Origin: the human T2T-CHM13v2.0 reference genome, Homo sapiens
Reading direction: 5' to 3' (one strand)
Length of the DNA: 64,000 nt
Assembly (NCBI RefSeq): GCF_009914755.1
Contig: NC_060940.1
Part shown: one piece after another, positions 58,033 to 64,000 of the stretch
Layout: each line of letters begins with the position of its first letter
How positions within the stretch are numbered: position 1 is the stretch's first letter
Notes under the pieces: model-generated
Seen by the model: only the letters and a program-made list of their open reading frames with translations
What the model was told of the DNA's origin: nothing
Database searches by the model: none
Position numbers and translations under genes: made by a program

Positions 58033-58696
58033 TCAGCCTCAAAAAGAAAGGAGGACCGGGCGCGGTAGCTCATGCCTGTAATCCCAACACTTTGGGAGGC
58101 CGAGGTGGGAGGACTGCTTGAGCCTAGGAGTTTGAGATCAGCCTAGGCAACATGACAAGACCTCATCTCTACAAAAAAATATAAAAATTAGCCCAGCGTG
58201 GGAGTACACGCCTGTAGTCCCAGCTACTCAGGAGGCTGAGGTGGGAGGATCAGTTGAGTCTGAGAGATTGAGGATGCAGTGAATCATGATTGCGCCACTG
58301 CTCTCCAGCCTGGACAACAGAGCGACGCTCAGTCCCAAAAACAAATAAATAAATTTTAACCAGCCTCACACTGTGCCTAGCAGCTCTTGATAAATAATCC
58401 ACTCTCTTTACACAAACCCTTTGATAAACTCTGACAGCCAATGATAAGGGTAGAGTTTACCAAGCCAGGAAACGCAGGCCAACTCTGTAAGACAACAAGC
58501 TAGTGAACTGTGTTGATACAAGAAATGAAAATATAAAATAATGCTAGGAAGAAAAAGCTATGTGAAAACATGTTCGAACATTCTCAAGAATCAGAAGAGA
58601 ATCCAGGCCGGGCACGGTGGCTCACACCTGTAATCCCAGCAAATCCCTTGGCTTTGGGAGGCCGAGGTGCGTGGATCACCAGAGGTCAGGAGTTCA

Positions 58697-58937
<241 letters not shown>

Positions 58938-59082
58938 TCATCAAGCACTTCAGTTGTTAAGCTCATATTTTTGTTAAAGCAACTTCCTTCTGTTCCTTTT
59001 TATGTTAGAATGTCATTTATATAACAAATGAATTAGGGGGAAATTACTGCCTAGAGTTAACTGAACTTAGTAATACTCATAG

Positions 59083-59490
<408 letters not shown>

Positions 59491-60517
59491 TGACTCATGC
59501 TGATAATTCTAACACTTTGGGAGGCCAAGGGAGGTGGGAAGATTGTTTGAGCTCAGGAGTTAAAGATCAGCCTGGAAAAACAGTGAGACCCGATTTACAC
59601 AAAAATTTAAAAATTAGCCAGGTGTGGTGCTGTATGCCTGTAGTCTCAGCTATTCCAGAGACTGAAGTGGGAGGATCACTTGAGCCCAGGAGGTCCAGGC
59701 TGTAGCGAGCCATGACTGCACCACTGCACTCCAACCTGGGCAACATGGTGAGACCCTGTCTCAAAAAAAAAAAAAGAAAAAGAAAAAGAAACTATTTATT
59801 GATCACAGGATGGTCTAAGAATCTAAAGTCATTATCTCATCCTCTTCCAGCTCAAAATAACTTGAACACAACAATAAGAGTTCACTTTTATCAAACGAGT
59901 ACTCTGTATTTGGCACACACAACTTCCTCTCATGTTAACAACTCACTGATATTTATAAATAGGTACTTGATGAAACCTATTTTACAAATGGGGAAGCTGA
60001 GGCACAAGGAGGTTATGTGAACCCAGGCAGTCTGATTCACGGGCCCCCTCTCTGAGCTAAAGATTTCTTTCAGAACTACCTGTGATACTAAAGCAGTGAC
60101 ATACCAGGGCACCCTTGGGCGGAAGGAAGCACCAAAGGACAGGGACCATCTAGTTGCTCAAAAGCAGAAGAGCAACTTGCATTGAGGGTGAGCTGGTATG
60201 AAAACACAATCACACATTGCTCAGGACGGTTTCTTCTCCTCCCTATTCCTACCTCGGCCCTGGCCTCAGGGCAGAAGTTCTGCATCAGACCTCAGGAGGA
60301 AGCGTGCGGGCCCTTAAGACACAAACTCCCATTCTCAGAAGAAAGTTGGTTGTGCCTCCAAGAGATGTGCCAAAAGATTCGTATATGATGACCATGGGAA
60401 AGATCCTAAACCATACTTTATTACGGAAAAGCTGTGAGCCTCACCAACATGGAATCTAAAAGACTGCGTGTGGAATTTCAAGGTAAGGGGGTAAAACTGG
60501 AACGTACTGGCACTTCA

Positions 60518-60871
<354 letters not shown>

Positions 60872-61555
60872 TCAGTTGATCTCTCCCTCTCTTTTTCACC
60901 TAAGTCTTCAATTTTCTTTCTGGCAAACAGAAATTCTGAGAAAATGACTTCCATCCAGCTTTGTCCAAAAGCTAGGAAGAGGGTTAATGTCCCTTCAAGA
61001 CCCCAGAATTAATCAAAAAGTAAATAATTACTACCCAAAATCACCAAAACCTGGAAAATCCAAAGTGGAAACATCAACCAAATAAGGGTCATTTCTTCTT
61101 CACATCTTAAACCATTACCAGACAATGACCTATGTACCTTCCATATCTGGTGTTTCTTCTTCGTTGTTTTTTTTTTGTTTGTTTTTTTGTTTTTTTGTGG
61201 TTTTTTTGGTTTTTAAACCACTGTGGTTTTCACTAACTGTTTCAGGTAACGGAAAAGATAAAGGCATTCAAAAACCAACCACAAATTATCACAAATAGCA
61301 AAGGGGCCAGATGCCACAAAATGCACACTGTATGATGCTATTTAAATAAAGGTCAGAAATAGGCAAAATGAATCCATGGAGCGGTTACTCTTGGAAGAGG
61401 AAGAAGAATCTGGAAAGGGGTATGAGGGGGCCTTTGCGGGGGGCGGGTCCTGTTCTCTTTCTTCACCTGGGGGCTGGTTACAGAGGTATGTTCAGTCTGT
61501 AAAAATCTCAGTTGTACAATTAAAATGTATATACTTTTTTGTATGTGTGTTATAG

Positions 61556-61798
<243 letters not shown>

Positions 61799-62517
61799 TG
61801 AACCTCCCGCCTTGGCTTCCCAATGTGCTGGGATTAAAGGCATGAGCCACCGCGCCCAGCCTCTGTGTTATAGCTTTTTAAGAAGGAAATACACATAGAC
61901 TCCAGTTCTCATTTTGAAAAATGAGCACCAGAGCAGCCAGGCACACATTTTCTTTTGTGAGGGCAAAGAAAGGATTTCCCTCCAGCCCTGGCAGAGCTGC
62001 TGCTCGCCTAGAATTACACCCTGCACCCAGAGTGTGCTCCTGTCTGATGTTCCATGATCCAGCAGCCATGGGGCAGCTGGAAGCAGACACAGTGCTGTTC
62101 TTTGTGTGGCTGTTTTTCTAACTGGGCAGGGTTCAGGCTGCCTTAGAAGAGCCATTCAAACCTGTCTCGGGAGAAATGGGAAATGAGGCTCCGGGGCAGC
62201 GAGCCACAACCACCACTCCCCTCTCCCGACACTGTCTGCCTCATTTTCTAGAACTCGTGGGAAGCCAAGGCAGCAATTAATCCCACTGCAGGGAGAAGGG
62301 TAGAGTCCTTCTCAGAAGCCCTGCCTCTAAACCAAGCCCCAAAGAGGAGACTTCTCTGGAGGAACCGAAGAAACGGTATTCACCTCAAAGTGGAAACAGA
62401 GACCAGGTGCGGTGGCTCACCTGTAATCCCAGCACTCTGTGGAGCCGAGGTGGCAGGATAGCCTGAGCCCAGGATCTCAAGACTAACCTGGGCAACATGG
62501 TGAGACCCCCATCTCTA

Positions 62518-62911
<394 letters not shown>

Positions 62912-62964
62912 CTAGAAAACTTTGAAAGTCCCTTGGAGAACACGTGTTCAAGACTTCTTTCTAT

Positions 62965-63825
<861 letters not shown>

Positions 63826-64000
63826 CCGGGCATGGTGGCTTACACCTGTCATCCCAGCACTTTGGGAGGCTGAGGCAGGAGGATGGCTTGAGCCCAGGCA
63901 TTCTAGATCAGCCTGAGCAACATAGGGAGACACTGTCTCTACAAAAAAATTAAAAATTAGCCAGACATGGTGGTGCACCCCTGTGGTCCCAGCTACTTGG

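Overview
Primate (most likely human, chr16p13.13-type) genomic DNA, very rich in Alu, with two minus-strand genes. (1) The 3' part of LITAF/SIMPLE: three coding exons (60613-60832, 57638-57794, 53742-53850) splice to the complete 161-aa protein, carrying Val92. There is also a ~1.9-kb 3'UTR and an Alu-derived alternative exon at 55812-55909. (2) About 20 kb downstream of LITAF, the 5' end of a multi-exon gene that the ORF track does not show as a unit. I assembled ten exons by hand between 31280 and 4914. All have GT-AG introns and compatible phases, and together they give 1245 nt = 415 codons with no stop: a signal peptide followed by a large-lipid-transfer-protein (vitellogenin-N / apoB / MTP / apolipophorin-type) domain. 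The gene runs off the left edge and, from memory, corresponds to the poorly characterised LOC400499. Other notable structure: a diverged ~250-bp inverted duplication (39166-39425 / 43150-43392), a near-perfect 44-bp local copy of a MER20 fragment, G-rich simple repeats, and LTR/MLT/L1/MER remnants. Family and gene names come from recall of known sequences, not from searches. Repeat boundaries are approximate.
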